64,000 nucleotides of DNA from Magallana gigas (Eukaryota), in NCBI RefSeq assembly GCF_963853765.1, contig NC_088855.1, forward strand, positions 15,810,001-15,874,000. Direction: 5' to 3'. The position numbers and the translations under genes are program-made. The notes beneath the pieces are model-generated. The model was given only the letters and a program-made list of their open reading frames with translations. It was not told the origin of the DNA and made no database searches. Positions 22,701 through 35,852 of the stretch are shown here, piece by piece (position 1 is the stretch's first letter; each line of letters begins with the position of its first letter).

Positions 22701-23797
22701 ACAAACAAAATTAAATTATACCCACCCCCGACGGTTTCGGCGCTAGATTTCCTTTTGTGTGTCAACATTTACGTGAGCCAGATTTAGTGGCATGGGGTTT
22801 CCTGGGTAAATAATTGCAAGTAGAGAGTTCGAATCCTGTTGGGCCTGTTAAAATGTCAAGAACTTATCTTTTTGGACCAAATATTGTAAAATTTGAAAAT
22901 TCTAACATGGTGAAAGTGTTTTGATTATAAAGTACTTTTATTCACATTACAATCGACATGTGTCCCACATCAACTTTAATAATTAAATCTCCTACAGTGA
23001 AAAGCACTGCGCAGTGTGTCAATTATTTTGCCCTGGTTACAATCATCTTCATTGCAACTAAATTAGAAAATTTTGTTTATATCAAAATATTCTGATGTAA
23101 TCTTCAGGTAGTAGCGGCACATGCGCAGATTAAGAGCGTTTCTGTTTTTGCTATGGTGAGTGGCAAAGTGCAGTAATAATTGTAGTTGCATGGATGGGGT
23201 GATGGGGTTGGAGTCCAAGGTTTATTTTTTTAAAATTTACTATATAAATGAATTGGACTCCCCATTCCTACCCTTTTTTTAAATGCGGCACACGATGACA
23301 TTGGCACACAAAAGCAAATCTAGCATCGGCAACTGAATTGAAATGTTAAGATAATCGATAAATTGAAATTTCACATGCAAACATTTTAACCCCAAATTGT
23401 GCATAAAGGGCTGCTCATGTGTATTATGGTACGCGATCTCATCCTTAAATTTGAAGTTTATAAAAATTATAATTTTTAAAAAGTACCAGAAGTTGCACGT
23501 TGCCTTCTTTTTGACAAAAACTGATACAATCGATTGTTATTAAGGGGTAAACACTTAGTCCGAGTATTGCTGTCTAATGACATCTAGTCTTAAATTGATT
23601 ACTGTGTTTAGGGAACGATATAGAATGTCAACAAGAACATAGGCAAAAATTACATGCATCTTAAATAGACTTTTTTTTACTTTCTTAAGGATTGAAAAAC
23701 CCCAGCAATAAACAAAGCTCTGATGAACAGTTGGACCAACACATGTTGGAATTAATTTTATTAGCAGGTATTTATTTATCTTTTGTAAAGATGTAAC

Positions 23798-23836
<39 letters not shown>

Positions 23837-24372
23837 AGTCCAAAAAGGACAATGAAAAGTTTCATTTATATCAAATAAAAGATGACAAAATGTACTTATA
23901 GTATTTCTATTATTACAAAAACCGTACGGTTAATAGTAAAAATGATATTGTCATTTGTGGTAATTTTTGTGAAAATCCTTAGAGATTTTTTGACAATAAT
24001 ACATACTTACAATGCACAAATAATTTTTGAAAACATCAATTTTGTATTAATACACTTTTGTTTTGAAATCGTTTAATATTAAAACATTTTACAGAACAGG
24101 CTAAACTTGTCACCTACCTTCGTGCCCAGCAAAACATCGAACAGTCTACTGCAGATGAGCAAAGTGGTCCATGGGAACAGATGGGATTCTCTCATCTTAA
24201 CTCAGACCCGAGGACGTTCAACATCACGGAGGAATCCCCAATGACACCAGATGTACAAAGTGGGCCTTGGATACTGAAGGAATACCCTCAATTAGAATTC
24301 GTCACAACTAGTCCGATGACGTCATATGACGCAAATGTCACAGAGAAAACCCCAATGACATCTTATGTATAA
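13748..24372 (+). CDS. Small single-pass type I membrane protein, copy A (5 exons, 209 aa), unassigned family
   Basis: Exons 13748-13799, 14890-14923, 16023-16210, 23690-23767, 24095-24372 have GT-AG sites and compatible phases (1,2,1,1); CDS is 630 nt. Signal peptide [21 protein letters not shown]; ectodomain [18 protein letters not shown]; [27 protein letters not shown]; [15 protein letters not shown]; C-terminus MTSYV. Exon structure matches copy B. Confidence 0.85.
15195..15399. mobile_element. Possible Kolobok-like MITE flanked by TTAA
   Basis: TTAA|GAGC...GCTC|TTAA at 15191-15194 and 15400-15403, with a weak subterminal match (cacggc / gccgtg). Confidence 0.3.
16728..17912 (-). CDS. 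DIRS tyrosine recombinase (394 aa)
   Basis: [11 protein letters not shown]-terminal motif; SGQRCQSL (catalytic R), HSTRSAATS (HxxR), AAGWS, FHKFY (catalytic Y). Overlaps the 3' end of pol. Confidence 0.93.
   Translation of the reverse strand: MSKNPDGQSRRPLGYTSMGHTELVPNHLENVCETSTCSEAIQNNAAVEKQSYTSAPSGPKTSFDGVPCFRENFKKLDLSERSISVLMKSWRGSTCKQYNVYIKKWFQYSSQVQCNSCVPTISNVLDFLASLMTEGCGYSAINTARSALSGFIIVDNLPVGQHPLVKRFLRGVFNIKPCLPRYGTTWDVNIVLEYLSLLENESLSLPDMTSKLTMLLALVSGQRCQSLACLDIRDMYIEDDCIVFRFNVLLKQTRPSFQVAPLVLRKFSDSPPLCVYSLLKLYLKTTADIRGDTTKLLLMIRKPHNAVTSQTVARWIKKVMTDAGIDTNIFSAHSTRSAATSAAKSVGMSLTGIMNAAGWSNSGTFHKFYHRTVNSDNFGLSVLSKYSTSDNSTQ
17651..19708 (-). CDS. DIRS pol: reverse transcriptase, RNase H, DNA N6-adenine methyltransferase-like domain; frame open from 19708
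   Basis: [44 protein letters not shown] (RT). [38 protein letters not shown] (RNase H). IDLFAS and YAFPPF (MT). Confidence 0.95.
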   Translation of the reverse strand, partial: FFRERTPALPAGALQPELPPQQSRNKEELQQETRVPPKVEKVGDIQHAGRISQFLSVWKTITHDRYILNAVKGYSLEFTSVPVQYSVRETKLNSAEAVALDRELLKLMAKGVVEKASHSDDEYISSVFLRPKKDGSYRVILNLKQLNENIEYAHFKMETLCTALRLIQPGCYMGSVDLSDAYYTVNVAYPDRKYLRFIWKGTLYQYTCLPNGLSSAPRLFTKLLKPVYASLRSKGHVSVAYIDDSYLQGETYEQCLKNIQDTIDLFEQLGFKINKEKSVVVPTHEIVFLGFVLNSKSMTISLTPEKIKKFKNLYHHFCSNKSHSIRQVAELVGVLISSSVAIPLGLLHTKLLEKEKAIALKCNKGNFDSKMTLSAEALQDLKWWSIQINSGIKAPIRQKSIQATLTTDASGIGWGAEYNGVSTGGHWSIEEKQYLPNINYLELHAVFLGLQSFHAELCNKHVKIYCDNSTTVAYINNMGGTKSTACNYKAREIWTFVQRNNMWLTAVHLPGVDNVVADRESRMIRDETEWMLNEKLFKTITSVYFKPHIDLFASRLNKQLECFVSWKNEPGASFVDAFTISWTNLSFYAFPPFSIIDRVCQKILMDKAEGLLVTPLWDTQNWYPIILRMCVKPPLALKPSKTMLQLKNSPTQVHPLARKLHLMVCHVSGKISRNLIYRKDQFQFL
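19591..20946 (-). CDS. DIRS gag-like ORF1 (451 aa from the first ATG)
   Basis: First ORF of the element. Acidic disordered N-terminus; C-terminal half [11 protein letters not shown]...[17 protein letters not shown]...LFGDD is typical of DIRS ORF1. Confidence 0.8.
   Translation of the reverse strand: MDMDMMDEERPSGSDAILGDFLTQVIEQSETHHDQDAHTSAKHSRKRDALEHNSSPNAHKWVDDDSSRPRSKEEDYVTTQDKMCSEQDTVHNTEFVTESMFKRFMVDQNSAMMAMKKSLDAINNLIYVQAESADDSDSESVGKHSTTKRKADNVSNNAAKKAKISCESTAHGKLPAVSQKEAGPSDLGGHDVEVNKNGGTDKHDEDFFAVSNYIVEEKTSDAVTTKLADLVNKLLVNKLEDSKKNDLFDKHLRPENCKLEFPRVNDFVWNYCMNETTRSTDVKVHKIQKTLLKGLGPVIKVVDSLLKPNNEFDKNKAAKDLLDGVALLASSNTELSLHRKACIKNNMKPEYKKLCTSQTEITAYLFGDDVVEKMKNITEHNKMANKVAYDDKTSKTRMKFNPRLKFRERSKPNFLGRGPQHYQLGHYNRNYHHSNHETKKNYNKKPVSHQK
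19672..19711 (-). promoter_or_regulatory. Predicted -1 programmed ribosomal frameshift signal at the gag/pol junction
   Basis: Slippery heptamer T TTT TTA (19708-19702) in gag phase; 9-nt spacer; hairpin CCCCAGC-ATTACCA-GCTGGGG (19692-19672); TAA in the pol frame immediately upstream (19711-19709). Confidence 0.75.
21356..23581. mobile_element. Old non-autonomous element with ~150-200-bp imperfect inverted arms, hosting nested insertions
   Basis: The arm at 21356-21510 (gtcattagac..gcaata...tgcaacttctggtactttttaaaaatta) is the reverse complement of 23440-23581. No clear TSD. Confidence 0.5.
21608..22668. mobile_element. Tc1/mariner-type non-autonomous element
   Basis: TA|CGAGGGTTGTTCGGAAA..ATTGAGACA ... 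TGTCTCAAT..TTTCCGAACAACCCTCG|TA: ~28-bp TIRs and TA target duplication. Confidence 0.85.
23798..23835. repeat. (GAT)~12 microsatellite in intron 4 of copy A
   Basis: Seen directly. Confidence 0.95.
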
Positions 24373-26001
24373 GCAAAATAAACCAGATGTTTTACATTCC
24401 GAAAGCTTCCTTTGCTCGAGAATCTTTTTACAACAATGGCATATTATTTATCATGTTCAGTTTTTGTAGTGTGTTATATATACATATGTATTTGAGAGAG
24501 ATACTGTATTGTAAAATTGCAATTCTTTGTTATATCAACCAGAAGCTGTGTTCTCAATATTAATACAAATACGATTTCAAAAATTTGTAATATTTTATTT
24601 AAAAACACAATTCTTAGACAGATCAAATTAGCTGCTTTGAGCCAGTACGTTTAATATCTTTTAATTACAATTTTTTGAATAGGTTTTCATGACAATTGGT
24701 TTTTTTTTTCTTTTGTCTCATTGCAAAGCAGTTTAAACTAATCCTTATAAATGTCATAACCAGACAGATTTTATTCCCAATAATCTGTTAAGCCACATTA
24801 ATCATCAATTTCACTATGGAGTGAATGTTCACTTGCATAACAGCCTAACCATTGTCTGCTCTCAGTATTAACAATGCTTACCTCTTTCAGGCAAGCTCAA
24901 ACGAATACTTGCGCTTTTAGCTATAGGTCTCTACGTTCTATAAAGGAAAGCATAAAATTATGGAATTTGTTAACAATGAACAAATGTTTAAGTTCATAAT
25001 TTATATTAAATTTTGAATTATCGCTCATGTGACTTTTATAATACAACCTTTGTCGTTGATTAGAGGAAATGTTGTGTTCATCATGTTTATGTTATAGTGT
25101 TAATATATACAGTTTAGTTGTTTGTAAATGTATTCTAATATATGATATGTTTATCTAATATATACTTGTACACCAATGTGTCATAAGGTACACAAATTGA
25201 TATAATGGCAAAAAACAGATGTAATGTCACGAAAAAATGTATATACATGTATCTATATTTCAATGGAATCTTTAGTGGACATAATGGCTTGCAAAGAGAT
25301 ATCAGTTCAAATCGTGCCCCGGAGAAAACGTAAGTTAGAGAAAACGTACCCTTGACTTATAGGAAAAGTTTTTTATGTGCGGATCCATAACAAATAAACA
25401 AACAAAAACAAGTGCTGGTTTTCTTACTGTAATGGGACTGGCTAGGAGTTAGTCCCGAACATAACCCGAGTTCAGAAGGATAAAAGAATTACAAAAATCT
25501 CGGTGTTTAAAGAATTAGATGCTATATTCTGTGTAAATAACAACCATGCAAAACAAACGTAAGAGATATGAAATTACATCAAATAAAATCCAAGAATAGG
25601 ATACTCTAGGCCCCAATCCCCGTTATACATGTACGTGCGTCTAATCGATAATTAATTAATATTTTGTCGACTGTTGCTGATTAAACAAATGCACCTATCA
25701 TATAATAATACTGAACCACGGCTGGGTAATATAGACCCGGGCACGCCTAATATATATGGATACATATAGACATAATAGATAATATACAGATACACATCAC
25801 ATACTTGGATAAATAAATGAATACACAAAATAAAATATACACAAAACCATCACGTTATTCTTATTATTATATAAAATTTAATACTCCATTTACAATGCAA
25901 TCAAAAATATTGTATATTTTGTAACGATTTTAGTTAAATTGTATCGATTGATTTAAGTTTAACTGCTCAGCTGACGCTTGTTCGTGTGTAATCACATATT
26001 G

Positions 26002-26286
26002 CAGGCACGTACCATCATTGGGGCCGGGGGATGCCCCCTCCTCCTTTTTCTTGCAGCAAACCTATTTTTAAATTTTCAAATAAAACACTGCATTATCAAG
26101 GAGGTACCCTCCCCCCCCCCCCCCCCCCCCCACTAACACATTTTTAACCCATATTCCTGCACCCCATCCAACGGATTAGGATTTTCATGATTTCATGCGA
26201 ATCTTTTTTTCTGTCTTTTTTAATTTCTCGTCAAGATTTTCAAGATGAGTGAGTCCCCCAGAACTTTCAAAAACGATGCGTTCCTG
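26002..26286. mobile_element. Degenerate MITE with internal poly-C
   Basis: Imperfect termini CAGGCACGTACCATC and GATGCGTTCCTG. No TSD found. Confidence 0.35.
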
Positions 26287-27956
26287 TATGAGGGAATCAT
26301 TTAATGATACTGGACACTGATACAAGCAAAAATGATACAAATGTTTATTAGATAGGGTAATTTATTGCATTAGTATTTTTTTCAAAATATCTATTTCAAT
26401 TCTTGTTACAATTTCTCCAAGGTACGTTTTCTCAAGGGAGGTCAGTGATGTCAATTTATAAAAGTTAAGGATGTTCAGTATTAGAAGCCACTCGTAAAAG
26501 CCATATTTGCTATCAATAATCATGAATGGTATATCGATATTGTGACGTCTACTAATGGACAAACCTTAAAAGGGTTTCATAAAATTATCGTAATAAGATT
26601 AAACATTTAAAAGTCCGTCCCTCGTTCTTCAGTCTCCGGTCTGTTTCAGTCATTCCCATTTTCACAGTCAATTTGGGGTACTCCGAGTCACGTTTTACAA
26701 CTTGACTGTAAAACATGCAGTATACGACCTTAATATTACTTTAATTAAAAGGGAGCAAGATTTATGTCAGATAACGATTTGCATATAAAAAGCTTTTTCC
26801 CTAAATTTGAATACTCTAGACTTTGACAGGGTTCTTTTGACACCAAAATTTAAATGTCATTGAATTGTGGTCTACTTCCGGGTTTCCAGTTTTTTCCGTT
26901 TCGAATCAAAGCTGAAAAAAAGTGTCATGGACATACTATCATTAACGAGTATTATTTCCATACAGTCTCAAAATAGAGAAAATCTCAATTGGGTCATTCC
27001 ATAGAAGAAAACGAAGAAAACACCCCGTCCATATTGCCTCAATATGCAATATGCAGGAACAAGCATAATTAATAGTCACTTTCAAAACATTGTTTATAGA
27101 TACTAACACAAATAATTGTGGAATGGTGTAATTACATGAAATTCAAAAAAAAAAATTGAATGAGTTTCAAACGTTTATTTTAGAACAAAAAATGTGAATA
27201 AGAGATGATTAATGATATAATATTATTCGTTCCTGCACCTGCACCCCCCCCCCCCTCAAAAAAGTAAAAAGTAATGGACAATTTTAACATAACAGGTTGT
27301 ACAAGTAATTTTTAGGTCACATATACCTAGTATCAGTGCTTTTGTATATTTACATACGTTTCATAGTGTTAAATTTGGGGGGGGGGGGGGGTTGGGGGGG
27401 GGGGAGGTAACAGTCGCTATATACCCAGGTCGATTTAAGTCTATCAAATGGATCTGGCTTTGTCATATCATTTACTTATATTAACAAAAAATAACAAAAA
27501 TTGATACTGTGCAATACGTGTGTATTGTTTGTGTACAGAACGGGGGTTGAAAATTAGATAAGTTCTAGGAGTGTGTAGTCCTCGAAAGTTTCTAATAATA
27601 TATTGCTAGCATTTCAGTTTCAAAGTTATATTTTATCGATATTACGACACGATATTGTTCAAAAGTATCAAGCAGCATTTTCAACATGCACATTATAGCG
27701 AGTTTATTAATTAATGCACAAACTGACTTGACTGCAATGCGGTTTCATCTGCCGTTTAAAACTTCATTGGATCACGGAATGCAGGGTCATTTGATAAGTA
27801 GGTCACATCTCTAAGAACTACATGTGTAATTTTAAAAAAAAAACCTTCAGTTCATGTGACTTGCAATGCGCCATGGGATTATACAATCTTTAGATGCTAC
27901 CAAGCGTATTGGAATAAAAGCGTTATTGTCTGGTCAAGGTAAATGAAAAAAAAGCC

Positions 27957-30900
27957 ATGGCAGCTATGTATTCAGTGTTTTTCGTGGTTCTTGCAGCATA
28001 TTTTCAGGGTAAGTTTTGTCGATAGTTAACTTCAAATGTTAGTAGTTCATATCCTGCAAATAAATTATATGATTTTATAAGTTGGAACTAACAAAATCAA
28101 AGTTAAACGTATATAAATACTTGTACATGCTTTATAAATTTATGTTCTTTCGTCAAAAGTGTCCTTATTGTCTCAAATTTATGGAAATTGTACCACTATA
28201 AAGGTAGAAGATAGAATTTTAATATACATGTACATACCTCATATGACTGGGAGTCATGTCTATTTATAGATCTTACGAAAATATACACTTTATTTAATCA
28301 TTTTTTGTCTGTAGGAAGTTCATAATTCATTAAAAAAAAAAAAGCAAATGTGCCCCATTTAATAAAGACTTCAAAATAATTATTTCAAATGGATCTCTTT
28401 TACTCTTTTTTTAATTTTCAAAAGTCTAAATTTGTTTGCTTTAAATTCTTTTAAATGTCGCATATCTATTATTGTTATACATGTATTTTTAAAGGAAGTC
28501 TTGATTTATTAAGTTGTTTAGATTTTTTGTAGCTATAAAAACACGTGTATATGAATCACACACAGAACCACTATAGTTCTAGTGAGGATTTCACCCTATT
28601 TATTCATATACATGTATATGTGCAACTCTGAAAACCTTTAATGCTATAGGCCTGAGTGATGGTTTTACGGAATTTGATATGTACAACATCCGGAAATCGC
28701 ACAGCAGCAGCTTTGGGTGTAAAGTTCCTTCTGATGTAAAAAAATCTTTAAAAATTTTCCTTGCTCTTCAATCTCCTGAAATCCCTCATTGGTACGACTA
28801 TCCTAGTTCAACCAAAAATGGAATTGACAAGTTAATTACAAGATTGCTTGAATTTACTTTGGATATTTTTAACTTTGAAAGAAGACCGATTTTGCTAGTG
28901 TAAATAAGCGAAAGTATATAACTTTCTAATAAAATAGTTGGTTTGTATGGAGAGTTATTTGATATTGTAATAGCCAAAACATCAGATCATGCAGCTTTAA
29001 AAAAAACATAGCCATGCACATTTCATACTAACAGAAAAATAGTTTTAAAATGGCATCCTTCAGTGGGTTCATTATTGGTCCATGGCACAGAGTTTCTACC
29101 GTATGTCCGAACACCAATAACGTCCACTATTAATTAATAGTAGTTTTTAAAGAACCATTGCTATGTTAATCATTGGACCCCACCTAAGACCAAATTTTTA
29201 TGCAAAGATCATGATTTTAACAATTTAAAATATTATGTAGTCGGTATCATTGATATTTTACATGAAGTGTTTCCGAGAAAGTATACTGGGTTTTTTTATC
29301 GTCTCATATTGACATATCGACATATCATTTGTACAAATTAAATTCATAAAATGGTTGGTTTAAGTTTACTAAGTAAGTCTGGACGTAAAAGTCAGACAGA
29401 CTTTGGATCATATACGATCAGAAGAGTTTACCATCTCTAGTATCTGAGCTATGTTCAAAACATATACTTCTTTACAACCATCTTCTTCTTTACAAGGCAT
29501 TCAGTCTTTACAAGCATCTATAGTAGGATTTTGTTTGTGCTTAATACTGAAATTTTTAAATTACTGTTTAATTATTATAAATTGTTCTTCCATGTATACA
29601 AGTTTGAGGAACTTATTCATTGAATAAATAGGGTCATTAACATGATTTATTAATATCATACCTAAAATTGGATCAAATAAAACTGATTAAGTCTAAAAAA
29701 TTCAAACATGTAGATTTGTGATCAACATGAATTGTTTAATCACAGGTATAGAGGCCCGAAGAATAAAAGTTCGGTGAGTTAAGTTTTCACAACATTTTAA
29801 TTTAACAACAAAGTGCATTGCTTGGTATTTTATGCGGTTTCTTTCTCAATTTCAATTATTATTAAAATGAAAACATACATGTTTACGTACAGTATCACTA
29901 TTTTCACTATTTTCAATCAGCGCGTTAAACAGAAAGAACAGCCAATTCTTCCAAATATGTATAGTATAATATGGTTACCACATCTACTTGGCAGCCTAAT
30001 GTCAGTCCGTGCAAGTTCGTGTTCTCAATGTAGCTAAAGTCTTGATCGATAAGAAATTAATCCAGACCATGTCACGTCAAAGTATAAAACAAGACACCAA
30101 CCAAAGAACGATGTCAGCATTATCAAAAAGATTGCGACAAATAGTGTGAGAAAAAGAATCCTTAATGTTAATGTTCTCAACAATTAAACTTTTTATTTGG
30201 CATTTAGAATAATTCCTTACCATGATATTTGTTTATCAATATTGTATTCTTACTTAAACTTAAATACCTATTTTAACATTGTAGATTTCGATGTTTGTAA
30301 AATATATATAGGGTATAAATGAAAGATTTTCTTATAAAACGTTAAAATGACCTGTTTTTATAGCAAAAGGAACCAAAATACGTCGTATGTGTTAAAATAT
30401 AAATGATATATTTAGTATTATATACATGTATTGAACATGCTTTATTGGGTTTTTCAATTATAGAGGCGGAAGCGTAGGAGTAGGAGGAGGGGGATCAAAC
30501 TTTATTACTTACCTTTCTATTATTGGTATAGTTATAATGCTAATGGGTTTCATGGTCTGTTTGATCTCCCGTTATTGCTGTGGCAAAGACCAAGAAGAAG
30601 AAGACGATGATGCGTGTAAGTATGGTGTAAATGTAATCTATCTTTAAAAATCAATAATTTGTGCATATGTGTATGATATTTTCACATATCCCTGATGTTC
30701 TGTTGTAATCCTATTTAATTCGATGTTTTCTCTTGAAAAAAAAATGAGGTAAAGATATTATTATAGAAAAAAAAAATTGTAATCCTAACTAACTCCCAGA
30801 ATTGTCGAGTACACAAAATCAGTAAAGACATCCGAGGAAGAAGACATGAACATAGGACGTTCAAAATATTCAAAAACTCTTTCGAAAAATTGATTTCAAT

Positions 30901-33387
30901 AATGTTTTCTTCTTAAATTATATTTTGATGTTACTGATACAGTAATAATTTACTCTCTAAACTTAAGAATTCAATTGATAACTTGGTTCTGTTCATTACA
31001 AGCGGGAGTTGAAGGAAAACTTTAGTTTGAAATATTATTTGTAATATATCATTTATATGTGATAGATGTCTTACATTTGTTCCTTGTGAATCGAATTTAG
31101 GACAGAAGATATTGCCTTTGATTATCGTTATTTTCAATGGCTTTACTTTTGACAATTGATTTTTTTTTCAATTTTAAAAATGTCACTCGACTGAAGAATA
31201 TTTTTGTGAATGTTATGAAAGAGTTGAATTTATAAGGTTATTAGAATTGTACCTTATATCAACAAATCGGCATTTCTATTGTTTTAATTGTTTTATTAAC
31301 CCAAATTCTTTTTCTTATTTTGTGGTTGTAGTGAAGTAACGCCCTGAAATGTCAAAGTTAACATGGGTTCAAGTAATTAACAAACATTTGAAAATACTTG
31401 TTTATTTTTTTTTTATTTCAAATCTTTTTTTAGATTCTAAAGAATATGAAATCAACAGGAATAATCCAACCTCCACTGAACAGTTGGACCTTCATATGCT
31501 AAAGTTAATTTTATTAGCAGGTATTTATCTTTTTTATTATACCTCAATATTATTATTCTATATAATGCGGCATCTGATTGGTTCTTAGGCTATACAATCA
31601 CGTGTCAGGGCAATAAAACTTAATATTTTTCTGTCATCGTCATATTTTTCACCCTATCCCTTCCCCTCGAATTTTCATTCCAGGCTTAAGAAAAATTTCG
31701 AGGATAAACATACGATGTAATTAATTCATTAATTCTATTAAAAATAGTTTTAAATCCTTTTCATATAAGAACACTGTCATAGAAAGAAACCGGTAAACAT
31801 AAACTACGTTATTTGCTTTACTACATTTGATAAACAAATAGAAACCTATTTATTTTAAATTATCGTCTGTCGTTAGGTGTGATAAACTATTAATTGCATG
31901 AAACATTATATAAATAGTGCCTGTTTGGGAGGGTAACAGTTGAAATTGTAGTGTAATATTAGGGGGAAATATTATCTTGTAATAAAGATATCTCTTTATA
32001 ACGTGAGAAAAAATCTTGTAATTACGATAACAGATTCTGTGATTTATTAGACGATATATTAACTAATCATTACAAGATTACGAAATTATCATATCGTTAT
32101 TACGATATCTTAACTCGTTCAAATGGTAACATATTTATCAATATCGTGTTTTTAGCACATGTGTTGAGCATTCATGACAACTCCTCCCTTTAAATAAAAA
32201 ATTTTTTCAAAAATTCAGTGCTTCACAAAATTATTATGTTTGATTTCCATTTATTCTGTTTTCATTATTTCATTTTTGATTTTCTTTTCATGCCTTTTCA
32301 TGTTCATTTCTTTTACAACATTTTTGTTTTCATCTCAGCCGTCAAAAATCTATTAAATAAATAAAAATATATATTTAAATATTCCATTTGTATTACAATA
32401 TACAAATTATGTGAGTTCTTGAAGACATCGGGTTCCACTGAGAGGCCGCTTGTTCATAATAAATGTCATGCTGTAATATCCTTATTTTCCTGCGCTGCGT
32501 GACTATGAAGCAGAAGAGCAAAGTAATAAGTGTTTGGCCAATTTTAATCGAATTCATAAAATTTTACTTTCCAACAAATGTTTGTCTTGTCATATAATAT
32601 ATAAAATACTGTGGAATCATTGGAATTTGTGGTGGCTTACTTTTCGTGGTATTCGTAGGAAGCCCGCACCCCCTTACGAATTTATACTTCGATGAATCAT
32701 ATTTTCAAAGGGTAAGTTATCTTACTGAAACCGATGTCCACAAAATTACATCCCGACGAATAAGCAAACTTCCCACAATCCATGAAAATGGGCCCCTATG
32801 AATTTAATTGATTACACATGTGGAAGCAATCGCAACTTTTTGAGATTTTCCAGGCTGAAAGGTTCAAGAAGCTACAATTGATGTGGAAATCGTATATAAA
32901 AAAATCAATATTAGGTTAATTATCTATGTCTCTTTTAAAAACATTTTTATAATATCAATCTATAGAACAGGCTAAGAATATCTGTAACCTCCATGCATAT
33001 GGCCAGCAACACGGCGAACAGTCCACTGCAGATGTACAAATTGAACCTCGAGAACAGATGGGATCCCCTCAACTGATATTATATACTTCTCGTCAGATGA
33101 CGTCATATGAAGCAAACACAACGGACGAAAACCCAATGATATCAGATATACGGAGTGGACCTCATGAACAAATTGGACTCTCTCGGCTGAAATTTGACAC
33201 TAACAGATCGACGACATTATATGACGCAAATACTAGTATTACGGAGGAAACCCCGATGATATCAGATATACAAAGTGGGCCTTGGGAACAGATGAGGCTC
33301 TCTCGGCTAAAATTAGATGCTAATAGACCGACCACGTTTAATGACGCCAATAACAGGGAGAAAACCCAAATAACATCATGTGTATAA
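27957..33387 (+). CDS. Small single-pass type I membrane protein, copy B (5 exons, 246 aa), unassigned family
   Basis: Exons 27957-28008, 29746-29773, 30464-30615, 31434-31520, 32966-33387 with GT-AG sites and phases 1,2,1,1; CDS is 741 nt. MAAMYSVFFVVLAAYFQGIEA-RRIKVRGGSVGVGGGGSN-FITYLSIIGIVIMLMGFMVCLI-SRYCCGKDQEEEDDDA...; C-terminus ITSCV. Confidence 0.85.
32607..32822. mobile_element. Short degenerate MITE (TACTGTGGAATCATT-type terminus)
   Basis: Left terminus TACTGTGGAATCATT; decayed inverse AATTGATTACACATGT at ~32805-32822. Confidence 0.4.
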
Positions 33388-34993
33388 GGAAAGACAGCTT
33401 TCACATTGTCATAGTTTCCGGTGCATACGAAGCCTTTTTAAATAATTGCATAACATTTATTATGTTCATTTTCTTGTGTGTAATATGTATTTGAGAAAAA
33501 GATTAAAGTTGTCGTATGATTGCGATTTTTCATTGTATCGTTAAATTAGCGAAAAGATTTAAATTGTTTTCAATACTTTTACAAACAATTTTAAGAATAG
33601 TCATCTTAAAAATAATATCAGTGATAGCAAGACTGTTGTTTTGAACCTGTTTATATGTAAAATTCATAAAACGGCATTGGATCATCATTATTTTTCTTAA
33701 TATAGAATTTTATTTGTTTTTAAAAGAATGCTTTTTTATTCTCAATTATGTTTTTAAAAATAAATGAAACTACAAGCTATTACAACTTTCACTTTTTTAA
33801 ATGTCTTAATCAGACAATATTTTGAAATAAACTATTTCATCAGCATAAATCTGTCTAATGTACGTATGTAAATATTTGTCACAGCAGACAATTAAAACAG
33901 GTTCAACGTTATTGCCTTTAATACACGTTTGCAAGATTTGAACATGATTAAATACTTATCTTAAACAATTAACTAGACGTATGCATATGTGTCATTCAAT
34001 CTTTGTATGCAAAGGATATTTTCGGTTCACCCCCCCCCCCCCCAACAAAAAAGGGGGAGGGCGGAAATGACAGAACATACTTTGCTAACGAAGATGATGC
34101 CATTAATAATCCGACACAAGAGTGTCTGTGCTGTCAAGCAAAACAAATGACTGTACAAAATCAACCCAAACAAATGGGAAAAGAGACAAATATTTACAAC
34201 CAATGATACTGCTGATTAATCCCGAGAGGCGAGCTTTAGTTTAGTGTAAGAGTTGCTTTTAGAGAATACTATAACAGAGAATATGATAATGTTGCACATG
34301 CAGCCCAAACACTGTGTTACTGTGCAACCAAAGTAAGCCGTTTGAAAATTACATTACATACCGATAAAACAAAACCGGAAAATGAAATACATTTGTACTA
34401 ATCAATCAATCATAACTTTTCGAATACATTACAACTAAACGGAAATTTAATACTTAACTCTTTTGGAAAGCAGTCCCTCAAAAAAAAAACAAAGCGATTG
34501 AAATTACTGTTGCACCAGAATTAAATCTTTTCTTCTTTGATAAGCCATTTTACTATGACATCATTCGAACCTGAACTTGGGATTGTCTCATTAAATTAAC
34601 AATCCAGGGATGAATTGGTTGGACTTTCTTTCATCTTGCTTTATTTTTATAAGAGAAAATGTACTTCGTTACTTTCAGCATAAATCTGTCTAAGTACGTA
34701 CGGAGGTATCCCTAATCATCCCTAATGTTTTTATTTGCGTATCCTTATGATATATGTAGTGATTTGTTTGTAAGAATTTATATCATCAACAAACTAACAT
34801 TGATGCAACATCTGAAACGTCTAAAATACAGTGTATCCTTTTTATATTGAAAAATATTACCAAAAAAAATATCTGATGTTTATTCAAATAGTTCAACCAA
34901 ACAGTTACAGTTCGTCTTTTAAAACAATACTCAATTAGAATTTTCCTGATTCCTAGCTAATATCTTTTAAACACTCTTGAATAAGTGCCTTGA

Positions 34994-35852
34994 TTACATT
35001 TTATATCCAGAGAAAGACGTATACGTCTCAAAAATATTAGCTGTTCCCGAGAAAACTCCAATCCAAGCCTTATCTCCTTGTTTTAGTCTCACTATCGTCA
35101 TTTTGGTGCAATGAAGCCAAGCTTTTGGAGTCCCACCATAACAGTGATTCCATGACTTTTCCTGGTCATTAACAAAGAGTGACGTGTGGGCATATTGATC
35201 CTCATATGCCATAATTGTCCAGTCGAACACGTACCACCCGCCGCTGGGGGCCTTGAAAATTCCGGAAGAAGCGTCATATCCCAGACCTTCGTTCAGATCA
35301 ACTGTCTCAAATATAACCTTTGTTTTGGTGGCGAGATTTCTTTTTTGACTCTTAAGCCGAACGTCAAAAGCAACTATTCTATTACCTAAAATAAACGTAG
35401 TATGTTGAAAGAAAAGTTAATAACAAATTCCTGTTCATGTACCATATTAGAAAATATACTAGATTGTAGTTGTCAGAGTAATAATTCACATTGCTTTCGA
35501 TGTGAATCTTTAAACGACTCTTTTTTATAAATATATTGGTATACCTGTACAAGTGTGAGAAACCGAATGCGGGAGCGATGTACAAAAATATGTGTTTAAT
35601 TTTGAAATTACCAAATTTAAGAAAAAGAATGCAAAATCAAAAGATTTACCGATGAAAGTAGGTAATTTATATAGTGTACATACTTGTCTTTGTCTCATTT
35701 CTACAGTTATTCCTCACAAATCCAACAGCGAGACATGTTTCTGCAACGCTTTTATAATCCTCTCTGAATAATTTCAGGCCTGGTTTTGGAGACAATTTTT
35801 CGCCTAATCCCCAATGCATTGTCAGTAAAAATGCGACAAATGTGATATACAT
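34994..35852 (-). CDS. Secreted globular-head C1q-domain-containing protein, copy 1 (2 exons, 186 aa)
   Basis: Exon 35852-35684 encodes the signal peptide MYITFVAFLLTMHWGLG. Exon 35385-34994 encodes gC1q: VAFDVRL...KVIFETVDLNEGLGYDASSGIFKAPSGGWYVFDW...VRLKQGDKAWI...TSFSGYKM. Phase-1 GT-AG intron, no stops. Confidence 0.9.

Noticed and set aside
22775-22846. tRNA gene (GTTCGAATCC box B)
   Set aside because: No complete cloverleaf or acceptor stem; more likely a tRNA-derived repeat remnant.
28679-28903. 74-aa ORF in intron 1 of copy B
   Set aside because: No recognisable motif, no splice support and no counterpart in copy A.
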